The translations under genes were made by a program, and so were the position numbers. Below, one piece after another: positions 1 to 11,693 of a DNA stretch of 64,000 nucleotides. The stretch is taken from positions 12,279-76,278 of the forward strand of contig DATDCK010000053.1 of assembly GCA_036524375.1 (NCBI GenBank). Reading direction: 5' to 3'. Below the pieces are notes generated by a model. That model was not told where the DNA came from and searched no databases. It saw only the letters and a list, made by a program, of their open reading frames with translations. The stretch comes from Solirubrobacterales bacterium. GTDB lineage: Bacteria; Actinomycetota; Thermoleophilia; Solirubrobacterales; 70-9. Within the stretch, counting starts at the first letter, position 1, and each line of letters opens with the position of its first letter.

Positions 1-1
1 G

Positions 2-1069
2 ATCGGCGGCTACAACTCCGGCGTCGGCTTCAGCACTGCCGAAGTCGGCGGCGCCGGCGGCGGCGCGCTCAGCTTCACGAACCCGGGCGACACCGTCGGC
101 ACCTCCAGCATGGGCCTCGACGGGGAAGGCAACCCGGTGATCGCCTACTTCAACCTCAGCGACATCTACACGGTCCAGTACTACCGCTACAAAGGCATCG
201 GCAGCCCGAACGTAGAGGCGAACTGGGAAGGGCCGAACCTCGTCACCAACGGCTACGAACCGGTCCTCGCCGGCGGACCCGCCGGGCTGTTCATGGCGTC
301 GATGGATTACAGCGGCGGCCAGAACCCGAACGCGATCAACCTCCGTCGCTTCGAAGGCACCGGCTTCGGGGCGCCCAAGAACCTGGCGACCGACTCCGAG
401 ACCAGCCTCTTTGTCGGCGGCGCCATCGCCCAGTCGCCGAGCGGCAGTCGCCTCGCGGTCGCCTGGCCGGGCAAGCGGGGCGGCGACGCGGCCTCGGTGA
501 TGCGCCTCTTCACCTCCGCCGACGGCGGTGGCAACTTTGGCGAAAGCCATATCGCCAACCTCGGCGACGCATACTCGATCGGTCGCAACGCCGACCTCGC
601 CGTCAACGACGGCGGCGCCGGCTGGGTCGTTTTCCGCGACAGCACCGGCCTCCGCCTCGCCGACTTCAGCCCGGTGACCCCGGCGGCGACGAAAAAACCG
701 CCGATCTACAAAGGCAAAACCAAAATCGCCGACAAAAAGAAGGTCGGCAACTTCAACCTGATCCTGCGGCTGCCGAAGCAGTGCGTGCAGTCGCAGCAGC
801 GCTTCTTCGCCGGCGTCGGCGCCCGCAAGCGCCGCGCCCTCTCGAAGAAGCTCGGCGGCAAGATCAGGCTGAAGAAGGTCGTCTTCATCTACGACGGCAA
901 GAAACTGAAGGTGAAGAAGAAAAAGCCGTTCCGCTACCTGATCGACCCGGGCGCGATGAAAGCGGGAAGCACCCACGTGGTGAAGGCGAAGGTGACCGTG
1001 ATCCTCACCAAGAAGGGCAAGTCGAGAAAAATCAAACGGACCCTGACAGGGACGATCAAGGCCTGCTGA
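2..1069 (+). CDS. 5'-truncated secreted protein, BNR/sialidase-like propeller fragment with a lysine-rich C-terminal domain
   Basis: Frame is open from the window edge (nt 2) to TGA 1067-1069. BNR-like motif SADGGGNF. The last ~120 aa are very K/R-rich (KKPPIYKGKTKIADKKK, KLKVKKKKPF). GC3 is high. Confidence 0.6.
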   Translation: MGGYNSGVGFSTAEVGGAGGGALSFTNPGDTVGTSSMGLDGEGNPVIAYFNLSDIYTVQYYRYKGIGSPNVEANWEGPNLVTNGYEPVLAGGPAGLFMASMDYSGGQNPNAINLRRFEGTGFGAPKNLATDSETSLFVGGAIAQSPSGSRLAVAWPGKRGGDAASVMRLFTSADGGGNFGESHIANLGDAYSIGRNADLAVNDGGAGWVVFRDSTGLRLADFSPVTPAATKKPPIYKGKTKIADKKKVGNFNLILRLPKQCVQSQQRFFAGVGARKRRALSKKLGGKIRLKKVVFIYDGKKLKVKKKKPFRYLIDPGAMKAGSTHVVKAKVTVILTKKGKSRKIKRTLTGTIKAC

Positions 1070-1070
1070 G

Positions 1071-1793
1071 ATGAGGGTACGAGCACACCTGAGCTACGCC
1101 AACGTCGTCTCCACGCTCTGCCTCTTCATCCTTCTCGGGGGTGTCGCGTTCGCGGCGACCCAGCTGCCCAAGAACAGCGTCGGCGCCAAGCAGCTGAAGA
1201 AGAACGCGGTCAGCGGCGCCAAAGTCGCCGACGGCTCACTGAGCGCCGCCGACATCTCAGGGTCAGTCAACAGCGCGGTCAACGCCACCGAGGCGGCCCA
1301 CGCAGCGCGCGCCACCGTGGCCGATCGCGCAAGCTCGGCCGACCAGGCGGGCAATTCCGCCCTGCTGGGAGGCGCCCCCGCCTCGAGCTTCTACCCGAGC
1401 AGCGGCGTGGAGCGGTTCGATCTCGAAGTCGAAGAGACCGTCGAAGGGTCCCACGATCATCCGCTCGGGACGATCGGCCCCCTGTCGCTGGACCTCGCGT
1501 GCAACAGGGGTGGGTCGTCAATGACGATCGGCATGACGGCTTCGAGCTCGGCTCCGGGCGCGACGATCTACGCCAGCTTCACGGCAAGCGACCCCCTGAC
1601 GGGCGCGGAAATCTACCCATTCTCAGCAGGCGAAGCCGACTTCTTCGCCAGGACCGACACCGGGTTCGGCGAGGCCGGAACCGGCGAGATGATCTATCGC
1701 GACTCGACGACGACGATCACGATGACCTACGGGTACTTCGTCAGCGATCTGCTCGACGAATGCAGGCTGTCCGGCGCTGCGCTGCAGAGCTGA
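1071..1793 (+). CDS. hypothetical N-terminally membrane-anchored/secreted protein
   Basis: ATG lies 1 nt after the upstream stop. Hydrophobic N-terminal segment VVSTLCLFILLGGVAFAA is followed by LPKNSVGAKQLKKNAVSGAKV. No recognised domain. Confidence 0.55.
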   Translation: MRVRAHLSYANVVSTLCLFILLGGVAFAATQLPKNSVGAKQLKKNAVSGAKVADGSLSAADISGSVNSAVNATEAAHAARATVADRASSADQAGNSALLGGAPASSFYPSSGVERFDLEVEETVEGSHDHPLGTIGPLSLDLACNRGGSSMTIGMTASSSAPGATIYASFTASDPLTGAEIYPFSAGEADFFARTDTGFGEAGTGEMIYRDSTTTITMTYGYFVSDLLDECRLSGAALQS

Positions 1794-1803
1794 GCAACCC
1801 GGC

Positions 1804-3387
1804 CTAGTGCCGGAAGTGGCGGTGCTTGGTGAAGACCATCGCGACGCCGGCCTCGTCGCAGGCGGCGATCACCTCGGCGTCTTTTTTCGAGCCGCCGGGC
1901 TGGATCACCGCGGTGGATCCCGCCTCGATCGCGGCCTCGGGGCCATCGGCGAACGGGAAGAAGGCGTCTGAGGCGACCGAGGAGCCGGCAAGCAGCCCGG
2001 CGGCCTCCTCGCCGCGGGCGTCGCGGCACTTCTCGATCGAGAGCCGGACCGAGTCGACCCTGCTCATCTGGCCGGCGCCGATCCCGAGGGTGGCGCCGTC
2101 CTTGGCGATCACGATCGCGTTCGAGCGGACGTGGCGGACCACCGTCCAGGCGAAGAGCAGGTCGCTCCACTGAACCTCGTCGGGCTCCGTCTCGGTCACC
2201 ACCTCCATCATCTCGCGCGGCTCCGGGTCGCCGTCGCGGTCCTGGATCAGGAGGCCGCCCAGCACGCGTTTGGCGTCGCGCTCGATCGGGTCCGGGCTGC
2301 GCCGCTCCTCGCCGCAGAGGATCCGGATCGCCTCCTTCTGCTGGAGCACGTCCAGCGCCCCGTCCTCATACTCGGGGGCGATCAGGACCTCGACGAAGTT
2401 CTCGTGCAGTTTCTCGGCCAGCGCGACCCCGACCGGGCGGTTGAGGGCGATCACGCCCCCGAACGCCGACATCGGGTCGCAGGCCAGGGCCTTCAGGTAG
2501 GCGTCGAGCGCGTCCTCGCCGATCGCCACACCGCAGGGGTTGTTGTGCTTGACGATCGTGCAGGCCGGCGTCTCGAAGTCTTCGACCAGGCGTCGCGCCG
2601 CGTCGAGGTCGAGGACGTTGTTGAAGGAGAGGGCACGGCCGTGGAGCTTGGCCACCCGCGAGAGGACGTGGCTGCGGATCCCGGCTTCCGAGTAGAGGGC
2701 CGCGCGCTGGTGGGGGTTCTCGCCGTAGGAGAGGTCGAGGACCTTCTCGTAGGCGACCGCCAGGTGCTCGGGGAAGTCCTCGTATGAGGTCGAGAACCAG
2801 CGGCTGATCGCGGCGTCGTAGCGGGCGGTCTGGGCGAAGGCCTCGTTGGCGAGCCAGTGGCGGGTCGAGGCCGAGACCTCTCCGTCGCTCTCCTCGAGCT
2901 CGGCGCAGACGGCGTCGTAGGACTCGGGCTTGACGACGACGGCGACGCCCTCGTGGTTCTTGGCGGCGGCCCGGATCATCGTCGGCCCGCCGATGTCGAT
3001 GTTCTCGATCGCGACGTCGTGCTCGACCTCGTGGTCGGCGACCGTCTGCTCGAAGGGGTAGAGGTTGACGCAGACGAGGTCGATCGGCTCGATCCTCTCG
3101 GCCTCGAGGGTGGCGACGTGCTCGGAGTCGCCGCGGCGGGCGAGGATCGCCGCGTGCAGGCGGGGGTGCAGGGTCTTGACGCGGCCGCCGAGAATCTCCT
3201 CCTGGCCGGTGAACTCGGAGACGTCGGTGACCTCGATCCCGGCCTCGCGCAGGGCGGTCGCGGTGCCGCCGGTCGAGAGGATCTCGACCCCCGCCGCGGC
3301 GAGGCTCTTGGCGAAGTCGGCGACGCCGGTCTTGTCGGACACCGAGATCAGGGCCCGGCGGATGCGGATGGATCCGTTCTCGCTCAT
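1804..3387 (-). CDS. purH: bifunctional AICAR transformylase / IMP cyclohydrolase
   Basis: N-terminus RRALISVSDKTGVADFAKSLAAAGVEILSTGGTA (MGS-like domain) and C-terminus ...VFTKHRHFRH. ATGA overlap with purN. Confidence 0.97.
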   Translation of the reverse strand: MSENGSIRIRRALISVSDKTGVADFAKSLAAAGVEILSTGGTATALREAGIEVTDVSEFTGQEEILGGRVKTLHPRLHAAILARRGDSEHVATLEAERIEPIDLVCVNLYPFEQTVADHEVEHDVAIENIDIGGPTMIRAAAKNHEGVAVVVKPESYDAVCAELEESDGEVSASTRHWLANEAFAQTARYDAAISRWFSTSYEDFPEHLAVAYEKVLDLSYGENPHQRAALYSEAGIRSHVLSRVAKLHGRALSFNNVLDLDAARRLVEDFETPACTIVKHNNPCGVAIGEDALDAYLKALACDPMSAFGGVIALNRPVGVALAEKLHENFVEVLIAPEYEDGALDVLQQKEAIRILCGEERRSPDPIERDAKRVLGGLLIQDRDGDPEPREMMEVVTETEPDEVQWSDLLFAWTVVRHVRSNAIVIAKDGATLGIGAGQMSRVDSVRLSIEKCRDARGEEAAGLLAGSSVASDAFFPFADGPEAAIEAGSTAVIQPGGSKKDAEVIAACDEAGVAMVFTKHRHFRH

Positions 3388-3974
3388 CGGTCGCCGATCC
3401 TAACCAGGCCTCGGGCGATCATGCCGATCGCCTCCGGGTAGAGCTCGTGCTCGACGGCGTGGACCGCGCGCTCGAGCTCCTCGCGCCCGCAGCCGGGAGG
3501 GATGGGTACCTCGCGCTGGAGTATCACCGGTCCGGTGTCGACGCCCTCGTCGACGAAGTGGACGGTGACCCCGGTGGTCTCGACGCCGGCCTCGAGCGCC
3601 TGGCCGATCGCGTCGAGCCCGGGGAAGCTGGGCAGCAGGGCGGGGTGGACGTTGACGATCCGGTTACGGAAGCGGGCGACGAAGGCCGGGCTCAGCAACT
3701 GCATGTAGCCGGCGAGGACGACCAGCTCGGCGCCGCGGCTCTCGACCCAGTCGCCGATCGCGATGTCGCGCGCCTCGCGGCCGGCGTACTCCTCGCGGGG
3801 GAAGAGCGCGGTCTCGACGCCGGCGACCGCGGCCCGCTCGAGGGCCCTGGCGCCCGGCTTGTCGGATCCGACGCCGACCACCTCGACCCCCTCGCGCCCG
3901 TGCAGCCGGTGGAGGATCGCCTGCAGGTTGGTGCCGCTGCCGGAGGCGAGGACGACGATTCGGAACGCGCTCAC
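3384..3974 (-). CDS. purN: phosphoribosylglycinamide formyltransferase
   Basis: VLASGSGTNLQAIL ... NVHPALLPSFPG ... GVTVHFVDEGVDTGP motifs. GTG start. Confidence 0.95.
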   Translation of the reverse strand: MSAFRIVVLASGSGTNLQAILHRLHGREGVEVVGVGSDKPGARALERAAVAGVETALFPREEYAGREARDIAIGDWVESRGAELVVLAGYMQLLSPAFVARFRNRIVNVHPALLPSFPGLDAIGQALEAGVETTGVTVHFVDEGVDTGPVILQREVPIPPGCGREELERAVHAVEHELYPEAIGMIARGLVRIGDR

Positions 3975-3996
3975 CGGCGCATCTTAAGATCGCAGG

Positions 3997-4956
3997 GTGG
4001 CGTTCCTCGGGGACATCGGCGTTTCGACCCCGGTGGTCCAGGCCGGGATGGGAGGTGGTCTGAGCCGGCACGAGCTGGCCGCCGCGGTTTCGGAGGCAGG
4101 TGGGCTGGGAACGATCGCGGTCTTCGGCGAGAAGGCGATAGCCGACGAGTTGGCCGCCGCCCGAGCGCTAACCGCTCGCCCGCTCGCCGTGAACATGCTG
4201 CTGCCGTTCGCCCGGCGCCCCTGGTTCGAGGCCGCCGCCGCAGCCGACGTCGTCGTCACCTTCTGGGGCACCCCGAAGCGCCGCACGCCGGGCACCTGGC
4301 TGCATCAGTGCGGCTCGGTCGCCGAGGCGAGGGCGGCGCATCGGGCCGGCGCCGACGCGGTCATCGTCCAGGGAGTGGAGGCGGGAGGGCACGTGCGCGG
4401 CGACGCCCCCGCCCTCGAGCTGCTCGAGCAGGTGGCCGCGGCGCTGCCCGAGGGCTTCCCGCTGCTCCTCGCCGGCGGGATCGCCGTGCGCAACGACGTT
4501 GCCCGGGCGCTGGAGGCGGGTGCCTGCGCGGCGGTCGCCGGCACCCGCTTCCTGCTCTCCGAGGAGAGTCGAGCCCACCCTGGGTACGTCTCCCGCCTGC
4601 TCGAGGCCGAATCGACGATCCTGACCGAGCTCTTCGGGACGGGCTGGCCGGCACCCCACCGGGTCGTCGCCAACGCGGCGACCCGGCGCTGGCTCGGCGA
4701 CGACCCCCGCGGCCCCGCGCTCACCCGGGCCCTGAATCGCCTCTCCGCCCTCGGTGCCCGCCACGCGCCCGGATCCCTCCAGGCGAAGCTCGCCCTGGCG
4801 CAGAGGCCTGGAAGCAGGTTCCTCTCACCGGCCGGCGCGACCGACGACGGGCCCGCCAACCTCGTCGAAGCCGGCCCGCTCTACGCGGGGGAGACTGTGC
4901 GGCGGATCGACCGCGTCCAACCTGCGTCGGAGCTGGTCGCTGCCCTGACGCCCTAG
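3997..4956 (+). CDS. nitronate monooxygenase (NMO / FabK-like) family oxidoreductase
   Basis: PVVQAGMGGG...GGLGTI and VQGVEAGGHVRG motifs. Opposite strand, placed between purN and purF. Confidence 0.85.
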   Translation: MAFLGDIGVSTPVVQAGMGGGLSRHELAAAVSEAGGLGTIAVFGEKAIADELAAARALTARPLAVNMLLPFARRPWFEAAAAADVVVTFWGTPKRRTPGTWLHQCGSVAEARAAHRAGADAVIVQGVEAGGHVRGDAPALELLEQVAAALPEGFPLLLAGGIAVRNDVARALEAGACAAVAGTRFLLSEESRAHPGYVSRLLEAESTILTELFGTGWPAPHRVVANAATRRWLGDDPRGPALTRALNRLSALGARHAPGSLQAKLALAQRPGSRFLSPAGATDDGPANLVEAGPLYAGETVRRIDRVQPASELVAALTP

Positions 4957-6401
4957 TTGGGGGCGACGGCGACGGTCTCGAGGGCGAACTTTCCGTTCGC
5001 GTCTTCGGGGTCGCCGAGGGGATAGTGCCCGGTGAAGCAGGCGTCGCAGTGATCCTCGGGAGGGGTGCCGACCGCCTCGTAGACACCCGCCATCGAGAGG
5101 TAGGCGAGGGAGTCCGCGCCGAGCTCGTCGGCGATCTCCTCGACCGTGCGCTTGTGGGCGATCATCTCCTCGCGGGTCGACATGTCGACCCCGTAGTGAC
5201 ATGGGTGGCGGATCGGGGGCGCGGAGATTCGCAGGTGGATCTCGGAGGCGCCGGCGTCGCGCAGCATGCCGACGATCTGGCGGGTGGTGTTGCCGCGCAC
5301 GATCGAGTCGTCGACGACGACGATCCGTTTGCCGGCGACGATCTCCGGCAGCGGGTTGAACTTCAGCCGCAGGCCGTGTTTGCGTAGCTCCTGGCCGGGT
5401 TGGATGAAGGTGCGGGCGACGTAGCGGTTCTTGATCAGGCCGTCGTCGCGGGGCAGCCCCGAGGCGCGGGCGAAGCCGGCGGCGGCCGGGTTGCCGGAGT
5501 CGGGGACCGAGATCACGAGGTCGGCGTCGACCGGGGCCTCGCGCCAGAGGATCTCGCCCATTTTCCCGCGGACCTGCTGCAGCACTTTGCCCTCGAGGCG
5601 GCTGTCGGGGCGGGAGAAGTAGATGTGCTCGAAGACGCAGATCGCGGGCCGCCCGGCGCGCACGACCTGGCGGGTCTCGAGGCCGCGCTCGGTCAGCGAG
5701 ACCATCTCTCCGGGCCGCACCTCGCGCAGCAGCTCGGCGCCGATGATGTCGAAGGCGCAGCTCTCGGAGGCGACGACGAAACGGTCGTCGAGCCGCCCCA
5801 GCGACAGCGGCCGCACCCCGTGCGGGTCGCGGAAGGCGACGATCGCGTGCTTGGTCATCGCCACCGTCGAGTAGGCCCCCTCGAGTCGCGGCATGACGTC
5901 GGCGACCGCGTCCTCGATGAAGCGGCCGTCGTGGGAGGAGAGCAGGGCGGCGATGATCTCCGAGTCGGAGGTGCCGCGGAAGGAGATGCCGCTCTCCTTC
6001 AGCTCGTTCCAGAGCTCGACCGCGTTGGTGAGGTTGCCGTTGTGGGCGAGGGCGAGCTCGCGCCCGTCGTCGCGCCAGACCGGCTGCGCGTTCTCCCAGG
6101 AGCCGCCGCCTGTGGTCGAGTAGCGGACGTGGCCGATCGCCATGTCGCCCTCGAGCGCCCGCAGCTTCTCCTCGTCGAAGACCTGGGAGACGAGACCGGA
6201 GTCGCGCATCGTGGTGATGTGGCCGCCCTCGCAGGTGGCGATCCCGGCCGACTCCTGGCCGCGGTGCTGAAGCGCGTAGAGCGCGAAGTAGGCGAGACGG
6301 GAGACGTCATGCCCCGGGGCGTAGACGCCGAAGACGCCGCATTCCTCGCGCGGACCATCTCGGTCGATCACCTGCGGAGGGTAGCAACGCGCGGGGATCA
6401 C
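4953..6401 (-). CDS. purF: amidophosphoribosyltransferase
   Basis: Short propeptide then CGVFGVYAPG...ALQHRGQESAGIA (Ntn glutaminase). PRT motif VVVDDSIVRGNT. C-terminal Cys ligands. The exact start (6401 or the internal GTG at VIDRD) is uncertain. Confidence 0.95.
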   Translation of the reverse strand: MIPARCYPPQVIDRDGPREECGVFGVYAPGHDVSRLAYFALYALQHRGQESAGIATCEGGHITTMRDSGLVSQVFDEEKLRALEGDMAIGHVRYSTTGGGSWENAQPVWRDDGRELALAHNGNLTNAVELWNELKESGISFRGTSDSEIIAALLSSHDGRFIEDAVADVMPRLEGAYSTVAMTKHAIVAFRDPHGVRPLSLGRLDDRFVVASESCAFDIIGAELLREVRPGEMVSLTERGLETRQVVRAGRPAICVFEHIYFSRPDSRLEGKVLQQVRGKMGEILWREAPVDADLVISVPDSGNPAAAGFARASGLPRDDGLIKNRYVARTFIQPGQELRKHGLRLKFNPLPEIVAGKRIVVVDDSIVRGNTTRQIVGMLRDAGASEIHLRISAPPIRHPCHYGVDMSTREEMIAHKRTVEEIADELGADSLAYLSMAGVYEAVGTPPEDHCDACFTGHYPLGDPEDANGKFALETVAVAPN

Positions 6402-6422
6402 CCGGCCCGATGCGATCGGCCG

Positions 6423-7607
<1,185 letters not shown>

Positions 7608-7618
7608 TGCGTTGCTCC

Positions 7619-8461
7619 TTATCCCTTGACGGCCCCGGCCGTGAGGCCGGAGACGATTCGGCGCTGGAAGAAGAGGACGAAGATGATGATCGGCACCGTG
7701 ACCACAACGGCCGCGGCCGAGATGCTGCCGGTCGGCTCGGTGAACGACGACTCGCCGGTGAAGAAGGCGAGCGCCGCGGGGACGGTGCGCGAGGCATCGG
7801 AAGAAGTGAGGGAGATCGCGAAGAGGAAGTCGTTCCAGGCGAAGATGAAGACGAGGATCGCGGCGGTGAAGACGCCGGGTGCCGCCAGCGGCACGATCAC
7901 TTTCGTGAATGCCTGGAACGGCGTCGCCCCGTCGACCTGGGCCGCCTGCTCCAGCTCCCACGGGATCTCGCGGAAGAAGGCGACGAGGACGTAGATCGCC
8001 AGCGGCAGCGAGAAGGTGAGGTAGGGGATGATCAGCCCCGCATAGGTGTCGTAGAGGCCCAGCGCGCGCCACATGTCGAAGAGCGGCCCGACGGTCGAGA
8101 TCGGCGGGAACATCGCGATCGCCAGGGCCCCGGCGAGGATCAGCCGCTTGCCGGGGAATTCGAGGCGGGCGATCGCGTATGCGGCGAACGAGGCCAGGGT
8201 GATCGCGATCACCGTCGTGATCAGCGCGATCACGATCGAGTTGATCAGCGGCTTGATGAAGGGGCTCTCGTCGATCCCGCCTTCGAACAGGCTCTTGTAG
8301 TTGTCGAGCGAGAATTCGGAGGGGATAAAGCTTTTGTCGGTGATCGCGCCGGGGGGCTTCAGGGAGAGCGAGATCAGCCAGAGGACCGGGATCAGCGCAA
8401 AGATCAGCACCACGACGATGGCGATGGTCCAGAGTGCTCGCTCGCGGTTCGTGTGATCCAT
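7619..8461 (-). CDS. carbohydrate ABC transporter permease (second)
   Basis: [28 protein letters not shown]... multi-TM protein with an EAA-like loop ([18 protein letters not shown]). Track ORF trimmed to the ATG at 8459-8461. Confidence 0.9.
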   Translation of the reverse strand: MDHTNRERALWTIAIVVVLIFALIPVLWLISLSLKPPGAITDKSFIPSEFSLDNYKSLFEGGIDESPFIKPLINSIVIALITTVIAITLASFAAYAIARLEFPGKRLILAGALAIAMFPPISTVGPLFDMWRALGLYDTYAGLIIPYLTFSLPLAIYVLVAFFREIPWELEQAAQVDGATPFQAFTKVIVPLAAPGVFTAAILVFIFAWNDFLFAISLTSSDASRTVPAALAFFTGESSFTEPTGSISAAAVVVTVPIIIFVLFFQRRIVSGLTAGAVKG

Positions 8462-8463
8462 CG

Positions 8464-9381
8464 TCAGCCTCCCGGCCGGCCTTCGTCGAGGCGGGTCCCG
8501 AATCCCTTCACGAAGAGGAAGGCGATCAGGAAGACGCAGAGGAAGATCAGCACCGAGACCGCCGAGCCGAGGCCGAGGTTGAGGCGCGAGATCAGCTGGT
8601 TGAAGCCGAGGATCGAGACCGATTCGGTGTCCTGCGACCCGCGGGTCATGATGAAGATCGTGTCGAAGACGCGGAAGGCGTCGAGGGTGCGGAAGAGCAG
8701 GGCGACGAGGATCGCCGGCTTCATCAGCGGCAGGGTGATCCGCCAGAATCGCTGCCAGGCGGTGGCGCCGTCGACCTTGGCCGCCTCGTAGAGCTGGCCG
8801 TCGATCGTGACCAGCCCGGCGAGCAGGAGCAGGGCCATGAACGGGGTCGTCTTCCAGACCTCGGCCATGATGATCACCGCGAAGGAGCTGAACCGGCCCC
8901 CGAACCAATCCATTTCGTCGGAGATCAGGGGCAGGCCGTTGACGAAGCCGGTGTCGGGCGCGAAGGCGAACTGCCAGGCGAAGGCGGCGACGACGGTGAT
9001 GATCCCGTAGGGGATCAGGACCGAGGTGCGGACGACCCCGCGGCCGAAGATCGCCCGGTGCATGACCAGCGCGATCGCCATCCCCAGGACCAGCTCGATC
9101 GCGACCGAGGTGATCATCACGAAGAGCGTGTTGAAGATGTCTTCCCACCACAGCTCAGAGGTGAGGACCGAGACGTAGTTGTCGAGACCGACGAACCCGC
9201 TCTCGTCGGGGAATCGGAGGTCGATCTGCTGCAGCGAGAGCACGATCGCGTAGCCGATCGGGTAGGCGGTGACGAGCAGCATCGCGACAACCGCCGGCGC
9301 GCACAGCATCCAGGCGAGTTTGCGCTCCGAGCGCGTCCTCGAGCTGGCGCCGCCCCGCGGTGCCTGGGTCCCGGCCTCCAT
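8464..9381 (-). CDS. carbohydrate ABC transporter permease (first)
   Basis: Multi-TM protein with EAA loop [21 protein letters not shown]. Confidence 0.9.
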   Translation of the reverse strand: MEAGTQAPRGGASSRTRSERKLAWMLCAPAVVAMLLVTAYPIGYAIVLSLQQIDLRFPDESGFVGLDNYVSVLTSELWWEDIFNTLFVMITSVAIELVLGMAIALVMHRAIFGRGVVRTSVLIPYGIITVVAAFAWQFAFAPDTGFVNGLPLISDEMDWFGGRFSSFAVIIMAEVWKTTPFMALLLLAGLVTIDGQLYEAAKVDGATAWQRFWRITLPLMKPAILVALLFRTLDAFRVFDTIFIMTRGSQDTESVSILGFNQLISRLNLGLGSAVSVLIFLCVFLIAFLFVKGFGTRLDEGRPGG

Positions 9382-10655
9382 CAGAGCAGCCCTTCCCGCT
9401 TGACGGCGTCTTCGAGGTTGGACTTCAGTTCCTCATAGACCGAGCCGGCGTCGTCGGGGTCGATCCTGTCCGGCGGGTGCAGCGAGCGCTGGATCGCCAG
9501 CGAGACGTCCTGGTAGGCCGGGGTGGTCGGGCGCGGGCCGGCACCCTCGATCGATTCTTTGACGAGGCCGGCGAAGCCGGGGTAGGCCTTGGTCACGGCT
9601 TTGTCCGTGTAGAGGTCCGAGCGCGACGGCGGCAGGCCGTCCAGTTCGACCGCGGTCAGCTGGCTCGCTTTTCCGGCGAGGCAGGCGGTGGCGTCGAAGG
9701 CGACGTCCTTGTTCTCCGAGAACGAGCTGACCGCGAGGTTGAAGCCGCCGAGCGGGGGCTTGCTCGGCTTGCTTGCGTCGACGCGGGGGAATCGGGCGAA
9801 CCCCATTTTTTTGCCGATGTCCGGGGCTTCGGCCTGGGCGCTTGCGTAGGCGAAGGTGTAGTTGGTCATGAACGCCGATTCGCCGCCCTCGAAGGCGAGC
9901 CGGGCGCTGTCCTCATCGGAGGTGGAGAGGCTGGGCGGGGCGGCCGAGGAGTTGGCGAGCCGGCCCATCACCTCGAGCGCCTTGGTCGTCGGGCCCTCTT
10001 CCAGGTCGACCGTTTCCGGCCCGGAGAGGATCGGGGTGCCGGCGCTTTCGATCAGCGCGTTGGCCCAGACGGTGAAACCCTCGTAGCGGTCGGCCTGGAC
10101 CTGGATCGTGCCGGCTTCCTTCAGCGCTTCGGCCTGCTCGATCATCTGGTCCCAGGTCTGCGGCGGCTTCTCGACCAGGTCTTTGCGGTACCAGAGCAGC
10201 TGGGTGTTGGTGTTGAACGGAGCCGCGTAGAGGCGACCCTCGAAGGAAGCCGTCTCGATCACGTTCGGGAACACGTTTTCGGTGACCTGCTTTTTCAGCG
10301 GCCCTTTCCATTCCTCGACCCAGCCCGCGTTGGCGAACTCGCCGGTCCAGATCACGTCCATTCCCATGATGTCGATCGAGGGGTCCTCGGCGCCGAGGCG
10401 GCGGACCAGCTGTTCGCGTTGCTGGCTGGCGTCGGTGGGAAGGAATTCGGGGGTGACGACGTAATCGCCGCCCGACTGCTTCGAGCAGGTTTCGGCGACT
10501 TTCTCGATCGAGCCCCCGGGCTGGATCGCGACGAACCAGGTCAACTCGCGCGGGCCACTGCTCTCGGAGCTACCGCCGCAGGCGCTCAGCGCCAGCACCG
10601 GTAAGGACAGGACCGCCAGGCAGGCCAGTGCCCTCGTCGCCCAAGGGGGTGTCAA
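9381..10655 (-). CDS. ABC transporter extracellular sugar-binding lipoprotein
   Basis: Lipobox LALSACGG after the signal peptide. Family-1 solute-binding-protein style. Its stop shares nt 9381 with the start of the downstream permease gene (8464..9381). Confidence 0.9.
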   Translation of the reverse strand: MTPPWATRALACLAVLSLPVLALSACGGSSESSGPRELTWFVAIQPGGSIEKVAETCSKQSGGDYVVTPEFLPTDASQQREQLVRRLGAEDPSIDIMGMDVIWTGEFANAGWVEEWKGPLKKQVTENVFPNVIETASFEGRLYAAPFNTNTQLLWYRKDLVEKPPQTWDQMIEQAEALKEAGTIQVQADRYEGFTVWANALIESAGTPILSGPETVDLEEGPTTKALEVMGRLANSSAAPPSLSTSDEDSARLAFEGGESAFMTNYTFAYASAQAEAPDIGKKMGFARFPRVDASKPSKPPLGGFNLAVSSFSENKDVAFDATACLAGKASQLTAVELDGLPPSRSDLYTDKAVTKAYPGFAGLVKESIEGAGPRPTTPAYQDVSLAIQRSLHPPDRIDPDDAGSVYEELKSNLEDAVKREGLL

Positions 10656-10761
10656 CGTAGTTCCTCCATTCCCACCTCCACGCCGCGAGGGTCGCGGAGG
10701 TGTGGAACACAGATGCCCGCCAGCGATCCCGCTTAAACAGCGGCAGCGGGAGGAGCGGGGA

Positions 10762-11691
10762 TCAGCCCCTGCCCTTGAGCCTCAGCGTCCGGGTTTCCGA
10801 CTTGACGATGCCGGCCGCGTTGGCGCCCGAAGCGGTGACTTTGAGGCCGAGCGTCTTGGTCCGCCGAGTGGCGGCGAGCTTTCTTCTCAGAGCGCCGGTC
10901 AACGGCAGCTTGTACTTGGTGATCTGACCCGGGTTGGCGAGGTGCTGGAGCGGCTTCAGCTTCAGTTTCTTGGTGACCTGCGCCGAGACGGTGATCTGCG
11001 AGGCGACGCCGGCCGAGACGTAGACGAAGACCGCGGATTTGGCCGCCAGCGAGAAAAAGCTGAGGTTCAGGCTCGGGCAGGGAATCTCGTTCCAGGCGGG
11101 GCTCTGGGGGCAGAGGTCCTGGGTCTCGTCGCCGTAGCCGTCGTTGTCGGAATCGGGCTCGATCGTCGCCGAGACCGCAGCCTGTATGCCAGGGGCGTTG
11201 GCGGCAAAGGTGGCGGTGGAGCCGATCGCGAGGTTCCTGTTCAGCGACCAGATCATGTCGGCGGGATTGCCGCTCAGGCAATAGAAGACCCCCTCGGTCC
11301 CGAAGATGCCGATCCGGTCTCCGGCCTGAACCGGGATCCGCGTTTTGAACGGGCCCTGGCCCGGACCGACGAGCGTGCTCCCGCTTTCGCCGACGACGCG
11401 AAACTGACCGGGCGCGACGGGCCTCAGCACCTTCATGTACTCGATGGTGGGTTCGGCCCCGAACGCCGCGACTCTCCCCGTCCAGGTGGTGGCGATCCCG
11501 GCGGCGGGGACGCTCACCGGAAGCCCGCCGGCATCCATCTCCCCGACCATGATGAAAGGGGACATCGTCAGGTCTTCGGCCACGCAGTTGCTGCCGACTT
11601 CGGTCGCCGCCGAGGCGCCGGGGGCGATGGTGGCGGCAAGCGCGAGGCTCGCGGCCAGTGCGGCGACTGCGGTGCGAACGGGGCGGATCAT
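10762..11691 (-). CDS. secreted protein, paralog 1 of a tandem triplet (TSP3-like Ca-binding motif)
   Basis: Signal peptide ...APGASA|AT. Motifs VGSNCVA, TRIPVQAGDRIG and EPDSDNDGYGDETQDLCP. K/R-rich beta-rich C-terminus. 309 aa. Confidence 0.75.
   Translation of the reverse strand: MIRPVRTAVAALAASLALAATIAPGASAATEVGSNCVAEDLTMSPFIMVGEMDAGGLPVSVPAAGIATTWTGRVAAFGAEPTIEYMKVLRPVAPGQFRVVGESGSTLVGPGQGPFKTRIPVQAGDRIGIFGTEGVFYCLSGNPADMIWSLNRNLAIGSTATFAANAPGIQAAVSATIEPDSDNDGYGDETQDLCPQSPAWNEIPCPSLNLSFFSLAAKSAVFVYVSAGVASQITVSAQVTKKLKLKPLQHLANPGQITKYKLPLTGALRRKLAATRRTKTLGLKVTASGANAAGIVKSETRTLRLKGRG
11108..11145. repeat. 38-nt segment identical to 12058-12095 (conserved core of the paralog genes)
   Basis: gggcagaggtcctgggtctcgtcgccgtagccgtcgtt occurs in both genes and encodes NDGYGDETQDLCP on the minus strand. 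A diverged third copy lies at about 12972-13010. Confidence 0.9.
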
Positions 11692-11693
11692 CG

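Noticed and set aside
3447-5387. 646-aa plus-strand ORF overlapping purN, the NMO gene and purF.
   Set aside because: The translation is Arg/Gly/Pro/Ala-rich and low-complexity. It lies antisense or out of frame to three genes with clear family signatures. This is a typical shadow ORF of a high-GC genome.
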